DNA of 62,961 nucleotides, filler included, from Octopus bimaculoides (Eukaryota), in NCBI RefSeq assembly GCF_001194135.2. It is 7 parts of 7 records of this genome, joined end to end, with 100 filler letters (N's around TTAATTAATTAA, not from the genome) between each part and the next. Parts side by side here need not be neighbours in the genome. Positions count along the whole stretch, not along the records: positions 1 to 25,032 come from NC_068986.1; positions 25,133 to 43,392 come from NC_068993.1; 5 more parts are not named here. One strand, given 5' to 3'. Below, one piece after another: positions 13,844 through 25,480 of this stretch. Under the pieces are notes generated by a model. It had not been told where the DNA came from, did not search any database, and saw only the letters and a program-made list of their open reading frames with translations. Within the stretch, counting starts at the first letter, position 1. Every line of letters begins with the position of its first letter. A program made the translations under genes and the position numbers.

Positions 13844-14544
13844 CTTGTTTGTGTACATATGTCTATCTATGTAAATAGATACACACACAAACACACGCTC
13901 TCTCACACACACACACACATATATAAATATATACATATATATACATATACGTATGTATGTGTGTATTTATTTACGGCGATAGAGAAATGTACACAGATAT
14001 ATGTATGTGAATATATATACATATACATACATATACACACATACACAAATACACACATACATATACATACAGATAATGTATACACACATTAGTACAGGTA
14101 GCTCTGTGTCTAGGTATGTGTACATATTCCTTTAATCTACATTCAGGTATAGGAGTGATGGGGAGGTTCCTGGGAGCAGTTACCGTATATTCCTCTGAAA
14201 ACTCACCGGGTCACCCATTTTAGCATCGCCAATATCAGACGGCTTGACAAGACGACGGCGAGATAGATGTTGCTGCTGTTGCTGCTGCTGGTGATGACGT
14301 TGATGATGATGATGATGATAGAGTTCTATGTGTGTACATTTCTAAGGATGTAAGCTTCGCTATATACACGCGCATGTACAAAACACACACACAAACACAC
14401 ATATATGTACACACATACTTACACACATACACTCGCATATGTAGGCGTGCAATTTTATTTGGTAATACAATACATGCACACCTATCTTCCATATATATAT
14501 GTGTACGCATGTATGTATATCTGTATATGTATATGCATATATAT

Positions 14545-14575
<31 letters not shown>

Positions 14576-15090
14576 NNNNNNNNNNNNNNNNNNNNNNNNN
14601 NNNNNNNNNNNNNNNNNNNNNNNNNNNNNNNNNNNNNNNNNNNNNNNNNNNNNNNNNNNNNNNNNNNNNNNNNNNNNNNNNNNNNNNNNNNNNNNNNNNN
14701 NNNNNNNNNNNNNNNNNNNNNNNNNNNNNNNNNNNNNNNNNNNNNNNNNNNNNNNNNNNNNNNNNNNNNNNNNNNNNNNNNNNNNNNNNNNNNNNNNNNN
14801 NNNNNNNNNNNNNNNNNNNNNNNNNNNNNNNNNNNNNNNNNNNNNNNNNNNNNNNNNNNNNNNNNNNNNNNNNNNNNNNNNNNNNNNNNNNNNNNNNNNN
14901 NNNNNNNNNNNNNNNNNNNNNNNNNNNNNNNNNNNNNNNNNNNNNNNNNNNNNNNNNNNNNNNNNNNNNNNNNNNNNNNNNNNNNNNNNNNNNNNNNNNN
15001 NNNNNNNNNNNNNNNNNNNNNNNNNNNNNNNNNNNNNNNNNNNNNNNNNNNNNNNNNNNNNNNNNNNNNNNNNNNNNNNNNNNNNNNNNN

Positions 15091-15129
<39 letters not shown>

Positions 15130-15334
15130 GGCCGTGTACGTGTATATATTTGCATATATGTGTGTGTTTGTTCATATTCTTATACGTATATACGCATGTG
15201 TCTCTGTACAAGTGTACATCAATGGCGACCAGGGTTCATGTATGTCACTGTACATGATTAAACGATCACGGCATCGTATTTCCATCGTAAATCTGTCTTA
15301 TAAACGGATAGCTTTGCAATCTTCAATCATCTAA

Positions 15335-15336
15335 AC

Positions 15337-15367
<31 letters not shown>

Positions 15368-16280
15368 GCAACAACAACATTACTACTACTACTACTACTA
15401 CTACTACTACCACAACTCGCACTACTACCACCATCTGCATCACTTATACCAATACCATCACTACCAATCATCGGCGCGAACACGAACTCTACAATCACCC
15501 ACCTTCATCCCATTCCCATCATCAGCACCCTATCAACAGCACCATTATGATTGCTACCATTATTACAGTTACCACCACATTCATCACCTCCAGCACAATC
15601 GCCAAAACTACCACTACCATTCAACAACAACAACAACAACAACAGCAACAGCCCCACAATTAACTTTACGATCACAATAGTCACCACCACTATCACCTTC
15701 ACCACCACCAACACTATTACCTCAACCAACATCACCTCAACCATCCCTACCAACACCAACACCACCACCACCATCACCATCAACATCACCACCACCAACA
15801 TTACCACCAGCACCATCGCCACCATCAACGCCATCGCTGTCAGCATCACCATCACCGACCCCAACACCACCACAACCATCACTACTATCGTCTCCACCAA
15901 CACCATCGCCACCACCATTACCATCACTGCCACCACCACCACTACCACCACCACCACCACCAATACCAACACTGCCACCATAGTATCACTGCTACCACCA
16001 CCAACACCATCACCACCACAATTATTACCGCCATCATCCCTCCCACCATCGCCAATGCCCTCAGAGCAACCATCGTCCTACCATCACCGTTACCACCGCC
16101 ATCAACGCCACCTTCACTACTAACTTTACCATCGCTATACCATTTACGGTTACAGCATACATCACCACTACCAACACCCTCCACATCAACACGACCACCT
16201 TACTGTCTCCACCACCGTCTCTATTACCCTCAGCACCACTTACACCATGATCTCCCCTACCGACACCACTACTCCCCTCA
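15335..16280. repeat. Cryptic trinucleotide low-complexity region (ACC/ACT/AAC/ATC)
   Basis: About 950 bp of degenerate ACN/CAY triplets; gives Thr/His-rich pseudo-ORFs. Confidence 0.85.
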
Positions 16281-16289
16281 TCTCATAAT

Positions 16290-16505
16290 CACGGAATAGC
16301 CTCCACATGGTGACGCATCCTGTTAGAAAGAGCAGCAAAATACGCCCTCGAGTCACACCACCGTCTTAAATATGGAAAGGACGCATTAGATAATGATGGT
16401 CTAGCATGTCTCAAAAAGGCATGGTAGTCACGGTTGGAATACTTTTTGATTACAGGTCTGTTCAATGAGGATTGACCTGCGGTTAAATAACATCCCCACA
16501 ACACC
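16290..16505 (+). mobile_element. Unclassified interspersed repeat, probable retroposon 3' tail
   Basis: Non-simple block ending gaggattgacctgcggttaaataacatc followed by a caac-type tail; recognised from memory as a common Octopus repeat, family not assigned. Confidence 0.4.
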
Positions 16506-17169
16506 ACCAAAGTTGTTGACCTTGCTGCGATCGCCGTCTCCTACATCACTAAACTACTCACTATTATAACGGTCAACCAGACTCAGCACTGCCTGCCATT
16601 GTCCCCTCACTGCTTCTCTCTGCCGGTAGGAGTAATGCTAATGAACAAACAGCCCCACCTACAACACTGCCACGTATTGGCCATCACTTCGGACAATCAC
16701 ACAAGCGAGCTCGTGTGTCACCTCGCTGCGTTTATACTGCAAACTGTACAAAGAATCTGTACCTTTGAGACAATGCCAAACTCGGTACAGAATCCCTTCA
16801 TCATCATCATCATAATCATTATCATCATCATCATCATCATCATCAGTAATAGCAGTAGCAACAGTAGCAGCAGCAGCATCATTAACGTCGTCGTTGTCGT
16901 CGTGATCCCGACCTCCGCAAATGCAGCCATCATCATCCACCACTGCCACTGCTATGTCTATCGCCACGGTCGTCGACGCCACCGCTACAACCATCAAAAG
17001 TACCGCCGCTACTTTTATGGCCCATTGATTATGCAACAACAAGAAAAAAGCTTCCGACATCTCAGGGAGCGGACGGCATATGCACAGGGAATATCTCACC
17101 TATATTCAAATTTCAGTCCCCCTCAAAATGTTTTCTAAAAAAAAACTCACGCGAAAAAAGTACGAACAC

Positions 17170-17605
17170 ATGCTCTAAAGTGTGTGAAAGTGTATGTATA
17201 TATGGAGAACTTGTGAATGGAAGGAGACTCCGACAGAAACCAAGGCTGCGCTTTAAGGACTGTGTCAAGTCCTCATTAAAGGCCTGTGATATGCAGGACA
17301 CTGACTGGGAGAACAATGCTTGTCATCGCCACAGATGGAGGAAGCAGGTTAAGGAGGGGATCGACACTTTTGAGAGAGCACGTATCCAGCATGAAGAACT
17401 TAAGCGAGCTGCGCGAAAGTGCACAGCTCGTATAGTGAATGGGGAAAGCTTGGTCTGCAATGTTTGCAGTTGTGTATGCTTGTCAAGAGCAGGGCTCATT
17501 AGCCACCAACGGAGCCGCAAATGCAAAATATAAGTTAGTCCTAGAGCGCACAATGTTCCTGAAGGTCGGCAATGGTCTTCCTCGGTCACAAGTGGACGGC
17601 CATTA
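17170..17605 (+). mobile_element. RTE-clade LINE 3' end (C-terminal Zn-finger region)
   Basis: YGELVNGRRLRQKPRLRFKDCVKSSLKAC...WENNACHRHRWRKQVKEG...[20 protein letters not shown] is a typical RTE (BovB-like) ORF C-terminus; followed by a (TGGA)n tail. Confidence 0.85.
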
Positions 17606-17907
17606 TGTATGGATAGATGGATGGATGGATGGATGGATGGATGGATGGATGGATGGATGGATGCATGATTGTCAATACCCGGACGAAGCTGGCGTCTTGT
17701 GTTCTTGAAAGAAAGACTTCATTTCACATCGTTCTGCATTCATGTCGACATTTGACGTGCAACACACTTGTGCACCTGTTCAGGACTATTTAATGGAACG
17801 AGTAAGCTCATGTAAGCGCAAACATTCATTCACGATAAACAAGTCATCTGTGTGTCGTTCAGCAAGAAATTGCGAAATCCTCGTCTGTCGTTTAACGACG
17901 AGAGAAT

Positions 17908-18037
17908 CTCAACCGCATGGTTCTGGGTTCAATCCCAAAGCTGGTACCTTGGGGAAGTTTTTTCAAATATATAATAGGCCGACCAAAATCTTGTGAGTGA
18001 ATTGAATTTGATAGATGGAAATTGAAAGAAACCCGAC

Positions 18038-18076
<39 letters not shown>

Positions 18077-18230
18077 CGTGCGCGTGTGTGAGACATTGTA
18101 ACTGCTTGTCTTCCATCACTGCTTAACAACCCAACCGGTGTCGGGGTGTTTACGTCCCCGTAATTCTCCAAAGCGGTGCCTAGCATGGCCGCTGTCTGAT
18201 GAATGAAACAAGTAAAAGATAAAAGATTAT
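17908..18230 (+). mobile_element. SINE family D (most abundant type), 5'-eroded, with internal (TG)n
   Basis: catggttctgggttcaatccc...ggccgaccaaaatcttgtgagtg...tgtttacgtccccgtaa...gaaacaagtaaaaga; matches 46100-46468. Confidence 0.8.
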
Positions 18231-19013
18231 AAATATATAAATGCATCTATATGTGTATCTATGTATATATGCATGTACGTATGTATGTATATCTATTTTT
18301 TTAATTATTATAATTCTTCCACTGAAGAGGGAGCCGGTTTCCACCAAAGATACAAGGTTCCATCTTTGGGATGTAGTTAACACAGACAAATTCACATTTA
18401 GAACTTGAGAAAAGTCTTGTACATTTTTGCTGTTCCACTCACAGATTGGACTTGTCAACCACGCCTGTCAGTAAGTCTTGTAGAACTTGGTCAATAAATA
18501 ACGCGTAGTCAAGATAATATATTTTGTATAGCTAACTCAGTATATACTATATTAACTAGAACAGGATATACAATACATCCTGCACACCTGTGTCAGTATA
18601 CACTGTATAATTTAGACAATAATAACTTATGTGTAATTTGGTCAAATGTACTATCTAACGAGGTCAGAATGAGTGGATAACTAGTTTACTATAACACTAT
18701 ATTCTAGGTCAGTATTTAATGTATATCTATGTATATCTATAATGTATTTAATGTATATCTATATGCTGCATAACTTGGCCAGCATATTGTGTATAACTAA
18801 CTATGTAATATGTAATCAGCGTATTTCTATGTCAACATCTGGTGTAGTAAATTAGGTCAGTAAATGGCGTATAACTAGATGTCTATATGATATATAATGA
18901 GGTTAGTACAGTGTTATATAACCAGGTTAATATATAGTGTATTTAGATATTGATATAGTGTATAACCATGTCAGCATAAAATGTATATAAGCAGGTTAGT
19001 ATGTAGTTTACAT

Positions 19014-19245
19014 TGGAGACGCGTGGCTTAGTGGTTAGTGTTGCACTCATGATCGAAAAATTGTGGTTTCGATCCCTGGATAGGGCAGTGCTTTATGTTC
19101 TTAAGTAAAACAGTATTTAACGTTGCTCCAGCGCACTCGGCTGGCAAAAATAAGTAGTCTTGTGACAGACTGGCGTCCCATCCAGGGGCCTGAGTAATAT
19201 ATACTGCACTGAACCTGGGAAACCGGCCATATGAAGGACCTCTGA
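19014..19245 (+). mobile_element. tRNA-derived SINE, family A
   Basis: TGGCTTAGTGG A-box and GGTTTCGATCCC B-box; body similar to 2005-2261 and 61555-61854. Confidence 0.8.
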
Positions 19246-19264
19246 TCTTTTATATAGTATTATG

Positions 19265-19625
19265 TTTACAATTCACCCAAGACTAGACCCGAGTGCAATG
19301 CGTCCCCTACAAAGGTCGAGATCACATCACACAAGAATATTGAGACAATTTCTTCACTGCAAATGGTTCTGCTCTTTTCAATGTTATCCCGAAAGAAATT
19401 AAAGTAGAAAAAAACCCCGCAACTTTCAGACGGTACCTGGACAAATTCCTCTAAGAAATACCAGATAAACCACCTACACCTAGATACGTCTCAGCCAACA
19501 ACTCTCTGACTGAATAGTTCATGGTGTCCCGAAATAATTAATTAAAAGACTTTTCTAGGTGGTGCTACTGAGTTAGTCATGGCCTGGGCTGACAGTGGCC
19601 GAAACCAACCTAAGTTATCTAAGTT
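19265..19625 (+). mobile_element. CR1/L2-group LINE 3' end
   Basis: Translates FFTANGSALFNVIPKEIKVEKNPATFRRYLDKFL*EIPDKPPTPRYVSANNSLTE*, then a 3' UTR and a short aagttatct tandem tail. Confidence 0.65.
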
Positions 19626-19761
19626 ATATACATAAAGCATAGTTTCATCATGTTAAACCGTTAATCCCTATACATCTTTTAAAGCGTTAATCCGTTCACG
19701 TCTTTTGTTTTCAGTAAATTTGATTTATATAGTATACAGTTACCTCCGTATAGGAAATCCC

Positions 19762-20058
19762 GTTAGCCCCTTGTGGAGCATAGGCCCGGTTTCCCGGTTT
19801 CCATGGAGTATGTGTTCCCCCCTAGCTGGACGGGACGACAGTCTATCGCAGCTTTTTACTCAAGAAACAGGAAGAAAGAGTGAGAGAAAGTTGGGGCGAA
19901 AGAGTACAACAGGGGTCGCCACCACCCCCTGCCGGAGCCTCGTGGAGCTTTAGGTGTTTTCGCTCAACAAACACACACAACGCCCGGTCTGAGAATCGAA
20001 ACCGCGATCCTCCGACCGCGAGTCCGCTTCCCTAACCACTGGGCAATTGCGCCTTCAC
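19762..20058 (-). mobile_element. SINE family C, full length
   Basis: Reverse complement of the 20122-20430 copy with about 10% differences (estimated by eye). Confidence 0.9.
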
Positions 20059-20121
20059 TACTTCCGTATAGCATGTNNNNNNNNNNAACTAGACGATTAT
20101 GTAGTCTGTAACCATGCCACT

Positions 20122-20430
20122 GTGGAAGCGCAATGGCCCAGTGGTTAGGGCAGCGGACTCGCGGTCGGAAGATCGCGTTTCGATTCCAAGACCGGGCGTT
20201 GTGTGTTTATTGAGCGAAAACACCTAAAGCTCCACGAGACTCCGGCAGGGGGTGGTGGTGACCCCTGTTGTACTCTTTCACCCAACTTTCTCTCACTCTT
20301 TTCCCCTGTTTCTTGAGTAAAGCTGCGATGGACTGGCGTCCCGTCCAGCTTGGGCGGGGGACACATACGCCATAGAAACCGGGAAACTGGGCCCATGAGC
20401 CTGGCTAGGCTTTGAAAGGGCGAAAAAAAA
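20122..20430 (+). mobile_element. SINE family C (tRNA-Arg-like head), full length
   Basis: TGGCCCAGTGG A-box, GACTCGCGG anticodon-like segment (TCG), GTTTCGATTCC B-box, A-rich tail. Confidence 0.9.
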
Positions 20431-21479
20431 CGTCATTATATTGTGTATATATGCATCTGTTTACAGTGTATGTATATATATGAGCAGATCGGCGTATTGC
20501 GTATATAACCAAATCCGGATATATTTTATAAGCAGGTCAGTAACTTGTGTATAACTAGATGTTTATATAATGTATAACCAGGTCAGTAGAGAGTGTATAC
20601 AACCAGGTCAGTCTATAGTGTTTAAGCAGGTCAGTTTATTATGTATATAACTAAGACACTCTATACACTGTATAATATCAGTAAACGATAATGACAACAA
20701 AAACAGTAACAACAACATCAACAATAATAACTGTTGCTATTGTAATTACTTAAAATGTCAGCCAACATGAATGAACAAATGTGATCTAGGAAGTGGAGGT
20801 GGTGGTGATGGTGGTGGGTGAAGATAGAGATGCAGATGGTAGTTACGTGATGGTGGTGATGGTTGTGGTGGTGATGGATGCGACGGTGGTGACGGCTGTG
20901 GCGGCGATGTCTGAGATAGTGGCGGCGGCGGCGGCTGCTGCGGTGATGATAGCGTTCATTGCGTAGGTGGCAGTAGTAGTTCTACCACCATCCCCAGCAC
21001 CACCAATACCACCACCACCACTACCACCACTGCTGCTACTACGCTAACACTAACAACTATACCATTATCTACGCCAAAACATCATCAAATATAAAACTAG
21101 TTATCACCTCTACCAATACCACTACATAACCACTGAACTTCCTGATAACTAAATTAAGGGTATGCATCTCTGTGGAGTACTCAGCCACTTCCACGTGAAC
21201 TTTTACGAGCTGGCTGCTCTGTTGATCGGATCAACTGGAACACCGGTCGTCGCAATCGACGGAATGCCAGTCACCAGTTATACTACCACTATCACTGCCA
21301 CATCCATTGCTACTACCTTAACATCAGCAACAGCACTAACACCTATACTACAATTCTATGAATTGTATTATACTGAAACTATACGGTAAGCTCAAATACT
21401 TTTAAAAAGGGAATTCTGTTAAAGATAGCCCAATCCTTGGGTAAGAGAGTGGTGTTGAGCTGGGTGCTGGATTATGTCT

Positions 21480-22030
21480 ACCCTTAATGGATTTGTTAGA
21501 GACTCGAGGATGAAATCCAGGTATTGTATCAAGGTTAGCATCCTAATAGAATCTCTTAAAGCCACTCGAAGGTCAGATGGCAGATGGAGTTAATCCAGGT
21601 ACTGGAATAAGTCTACTATTCCAATGGAATTTTAAAAATACTCGTGGATCAAATCCGTGTGCGAGATTAAAGCTAACAACTTAATGGATTCTGCTAGACT
21701 CTCGAAGATCATTTCGAAGATGAAATTAATGCAGATGCAGAATTAAGTCTAGAACCCGAATGGATTCTGTTAAAAAGACTCGAGGGCCAGATAGAAAGTG
21801 AATTTAGTCCGGGTACTGAATTGAGGTTAGTCCCATAATGGGTTCTATTGAAGTCACTCGAGGTTCAGATGGGAGAATGGTGGTGACGGGATGGAGGGCT
21901 TAATCCGGATGCTGAATAAAGGCTCGTATCCGAATGGATTCTGCTAAAGACACTCGCAGGCTAGATGGAAGGTGCAGTTAATCTGGAACCGGGATTAAGT
22001 CAGTCATTCCACTCGGTTCTATAAAGACAT
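21480..22030. repeat. Cryptic ~78-bp tandem array (8 units)
   Basis: aatggattctg-like anchors at 21486, 21545, 21623, 21683, 21759, 21837, 21933, 22011. Confidence 0.75.
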
Positions 22031-22384
22031 CCGTGAAACATATGGTAGGGTGGTGATCAACCAGGAGGTATATCCTATCTATCACCTAAATAAATTCACA
22101 TTACTGTCTCAGACATTTCCCAAAATCCTTCATTTTCAATAAAGATGATAGGGTGCTATTTTATGATGAATTAGCTGCTATTTCTAGCAGGTTAGCAGAG
22201 CTTGGGCAACCTTTTTTTTATTTCGAAATGAGGACTTCATGAGGCGTTGCTCATCATCAGGTGCGCCGCACTACTAAAATTCTTCAAATTAATTCAGAAA
22301 GTCCCACAGACCAATGGTTTGCCTATGATTGGGTATTACCATTGCAGATGCTCCCTCATTAGATTAAGAAGGCGTTAAAAGCTA

Positions 22385-22422
22385 GTAGTAGTGGTAGTAG
22401 TAGTAGTAGTAGTGGTAGTTGT

Positions 22423-22466
<44 letters not shown>

Positions 22467-22835
22467 TTACAATGGTAGTTCCTACATAAAAGCTCATAGT
22501 ACGGGCGGTAGTATTGTGGTACATGTTGTTGTAGAGGAGCTAGAATAGGAGTTGGTGTTGGTGGTAGTGGTAATGGTGGGTGGGTCATCTGCCGGAAGTT
22601 ATGTGACAGTGATACCCCAAACTAAAACTGCCATTTCCGGTTTGCTGGAGTCTAATTGTTGCCATCCGTGTGAAATGTTGACTGGAACCAAACTGTTACC
22701 CACATATTAGATCTCCTCTTCCTTCAACACTCACTTCTCATACACTTTCTCTCCCTTCTCTCTCTCTCTTTCTTTCTCTCTCTCTCCCTCTCTCTTACTC
22801 ACACGCACACGTATGCATATATGTATATATATGTG

Positions 22836-22879
<44 letters not shown>

Positions 22880-23050
22880 TATATATATACATACATATAT
22901 ATATACACATACATATACATATGTGCATATATATATATATATAGATATGTATATATGTATGTTTATACACACACACATATATATGCATATATGTATATAT
23001 GCATATATGTATATATGTATATATGTATATATGTATATATATGTGTGTGC

Positions 23051-23085
<35 letters not shown>

Positions 23086-23291
23086 TATATATACATACAT
23101 AAATATATACAAATACATATATACATGTGCATATATATATATATAGATATGTATATATGTATGTTTATATACACACTCACACGCGCAAGCACGCACACAC
23201 ACACACACACACACACATATAATACACAACCTTTTCTGTTCCTGTCTTCTTTTCTCCTACTCCTACTCCTCCACTTCTCTCTCTCCCTCTC

Positions 23292-23326
<35 letters not shown>

Positions 23327-23351
23327 CTCCCTCTCTCTCTCTCTCCCTCTT

Positions 23352-23406
<55 letters not shown>

Positions 23407-23410
23407 GTCT
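22385..23410. repeat. Compound (TAG)/(CAG), (CT), (TA/CA) and (TCTA) microsatellites
   Basis: Direct reading. Confidence 0.85.
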
Positions 23411-24071
23411 ATCAATCTATCTACCTCCCTTACCACAAACGGTGACAAACATAAACACGCACATCTTGATTGAAGATCTACGCTGCAGTTCCATGTTCTT
23501 GAAATAACAGTCACACCGCCCTCAAATCAACCGGCCCCACAACCCCAAACGCTTTTAAACAAAGAGAATTCGTTTGATAAACTAGTCCTAGACACACTGA
23601 GAATAATTATGAATGATTTTCATAGTCTGTGGATAAGGAGCAACCAAACAGAACTTTACAACCACAGGACAAACCTGTTTGCATGTTAGAGTCTGTATGT
23701 CGCTCTGTTTGTCTGTTACTCCCCTTCCTTTTTCTCTCTTTCTATCTCTCTCTCTTTCTATCCCTCTCTCTAAATTCTTCCTATGACCTTAAACGATACT
23801 ATGTCCAACCACACACATACATAAACAGCCACAACCACACACACACACACACACGTCCAATAATTACACACACTCACACACACACGCACAAACTTGCGCG
23901 CACGCACATTCCCACACATACACACACACACACATACCTCCTCTTGCGCTCTCCTGTCTTTGAAAAGGACTTTTTCTCCACCCTTTCTCTTCCGGTCATT
24001 TCAATATGTGACCGCGTGTGTATCGTTGGCGATTTTCTTTCTCCGTCTTCCCTTCTTTGGACTTTTTCTAT

Positions 24072-24106
24072 ATTTCTGATGAAGAGCTCCGCTCGAAACG
24101 TTAAAT
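24072..24106 (+). ncRNA. Minimal type I hammerhead ribozyme motif
   Basis: ATTT-CTGATGA-A-GAGC(tcc)GCTC-GAAA-C-GTT|AAAT: conserved core, 4-bp stems I and II, and a palindromic AACGTT stem III of the dimer type. Confidence 0.65.
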
Positions 24107-24167
24107 CCTCTTTCTTTTCTCTCCTTTCCTGAGCGTCCAATAACAGTGTACTTATTCCACGTTTTCG

Positions 24168-24227
<60 letters not shown>

Positions 24228-24272
24228 TATATTATATGTATACACACACACATATATATATGCATATATGTG

Positions 24273-24321
<49 letters not shown>

Positions 24322-24749
24322 GGGTGGGTGGGTGTGTGTATGTATATATATATATATGTGTGTGTGTGTATGTGTATGTATGTATATGTATACACACACA
24401 CACATACACAAACACACATATATATGTATTACAGCCCGCGCATACTCAATGTATTTCTTTTGTTTGTTTGTTCGCCAGTTCGCTGCGTCATAGCGCTCGA
24501 GGCTCGACTCCCGCATACCGCTGGGTGTTAAAACACTTGGAAGTCATAGGCAGGTGAGACAACTCACATCCGGATTCAAGAGTGGTGGATACCGATATTT
24601 CGCCATTTTCGTGTATTATCAACATCAAGTACCTGAATCGAACCTTCGACGGATCGAATCACCAGTCTGTAATTGTATATCAATAACATAAACACTATTT
24701 GCTGGAATGCCACTGCGATGGAAGCATAAGAAAAAATTCAATAACGAAT

Positions 24750-25010
24750 CACTGATCACGTGATTGACCAGACTATCGGATGTTGTTATACATAGCAGAT
24801 CATAGTGTGCTTTGCATTGTTTTAGCCTTCGAAATAATAACACTCCGCTGGCTAGGAGATCGATCCAACATTTCCTCTCATCGGTAAGCTAGACCGTCGC
24901 AGTGCTACACATTTACAGCTAAGTGGACATTTTGCTCATGAACACAACGAGCAAACTCGTCCGGGAATCGAACTCAGTCTGGTGGTCGTAAGTGCAACAT
25001 CCTAACCATC
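24750..25010 (-). mobile_element. SINE family A
   Basis: gaccagactatcggatgttgtt...gctttgcattgttttag...catgaacacaacg...gggaatcgaactc aligns with 61555-61854. Confidence 0.75.
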
Positions 25011-25032
25011 CATATATATATATATATATATA

Positions 25033-25132
25033 NNNNNNNNNNNNNNNNNNNNNNNNNNNNNNNNNNNNNNNNNNNNTTAATTAATTAANNNNNNNNNNNN
25101 NNNNNNNNNNNNNNNNNNNNNNNNNNNNNNNN
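25033..25132. other. Assembly linker N44-TTAATTAATTAA-N44 (identical linkers at 43393-43492, 46986-47085, 54053-54152, 57619-57718, 60855-60954)
   Basis: Six identical 100-bp constructs; TTAATTAATTAA places a stop codon in all six frames, so this is a scaffolding spacer. Confidence 0.95.
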
Positions 25133-25480
25133 AATAGAGATAACTCGAATGTGGAATCTAAAAACAGAAACAATTCCTATCATAGTAGGTGCCTTAGGTA
25201 TAATAAAAAAAATATTCAGACAAATACATAACAAAAACACCAGGACTTACAAATATATATAACATACAGAAAATTGCACTACTGAGTACTGCACACATTC
25301 TACGCAAAACACTTTCAATACAGTAAACATAAGAGCACCACAGCAAACCACAGCACATACCCAAGGCGCACAGAGCTGCGCTCGGTAGTGAAGTGAAAGC
25401 ACGTTATAAAAATAAAACTACTGAATAATAATAATAATAATAATAATAACGATAATAATAATAATGATAATAATAATAAT
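25133..25480 (+). mobile_element. R4/Dong-like retrotransposon 3' end (copy 1) with (AAT)n tail
   Basis: WNLKTETIPIIVGALG...IQKIALLSTAHILRKTLSIQ* (stop 25324-25326), then a 3' UTR and (AAT)n at 25425-25480. Confidence 0.85.

Larger units (their letters stand above)
18470..20680. repeat. Degenerate ~24-bp minisatellite (consensus about tgtataaccaggtcagtatatag) interrupted by SINE/LINE insertions
   Basis: Recurring (a/c)aggtcagt and gtataac motifs at 18470-19010 and 20460-20680. Confidence 0.6.

Noticed and set aside
20122-20200. Functional tRNA genes at SINE heads (also 19014, 39762, 61854)
   Set aside because: There is no complete acceptor stem or T-rich terminator, and each head continues into a repeated SINE body.
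21480-22030. CRISPR-like repeat/spacer array
   Set aside because: The whole unit is degenerate and the inter-anchor segments are homologous to each other; the context is eukaryotic and there are no cas genes.
22225-22266. Hammerhead-like CTGATGA-TGAG…CTCA (minus strand)
   Set aside because: No GAAA or stem III follows, and there is no stem I complement.
25077-25088. TTAATTAATTAA palindrome recurring six times
   Set aside because: Always centred in exactly 44+44 Ns; it is an artificial six-frame-stop scaffold linker, not biology.
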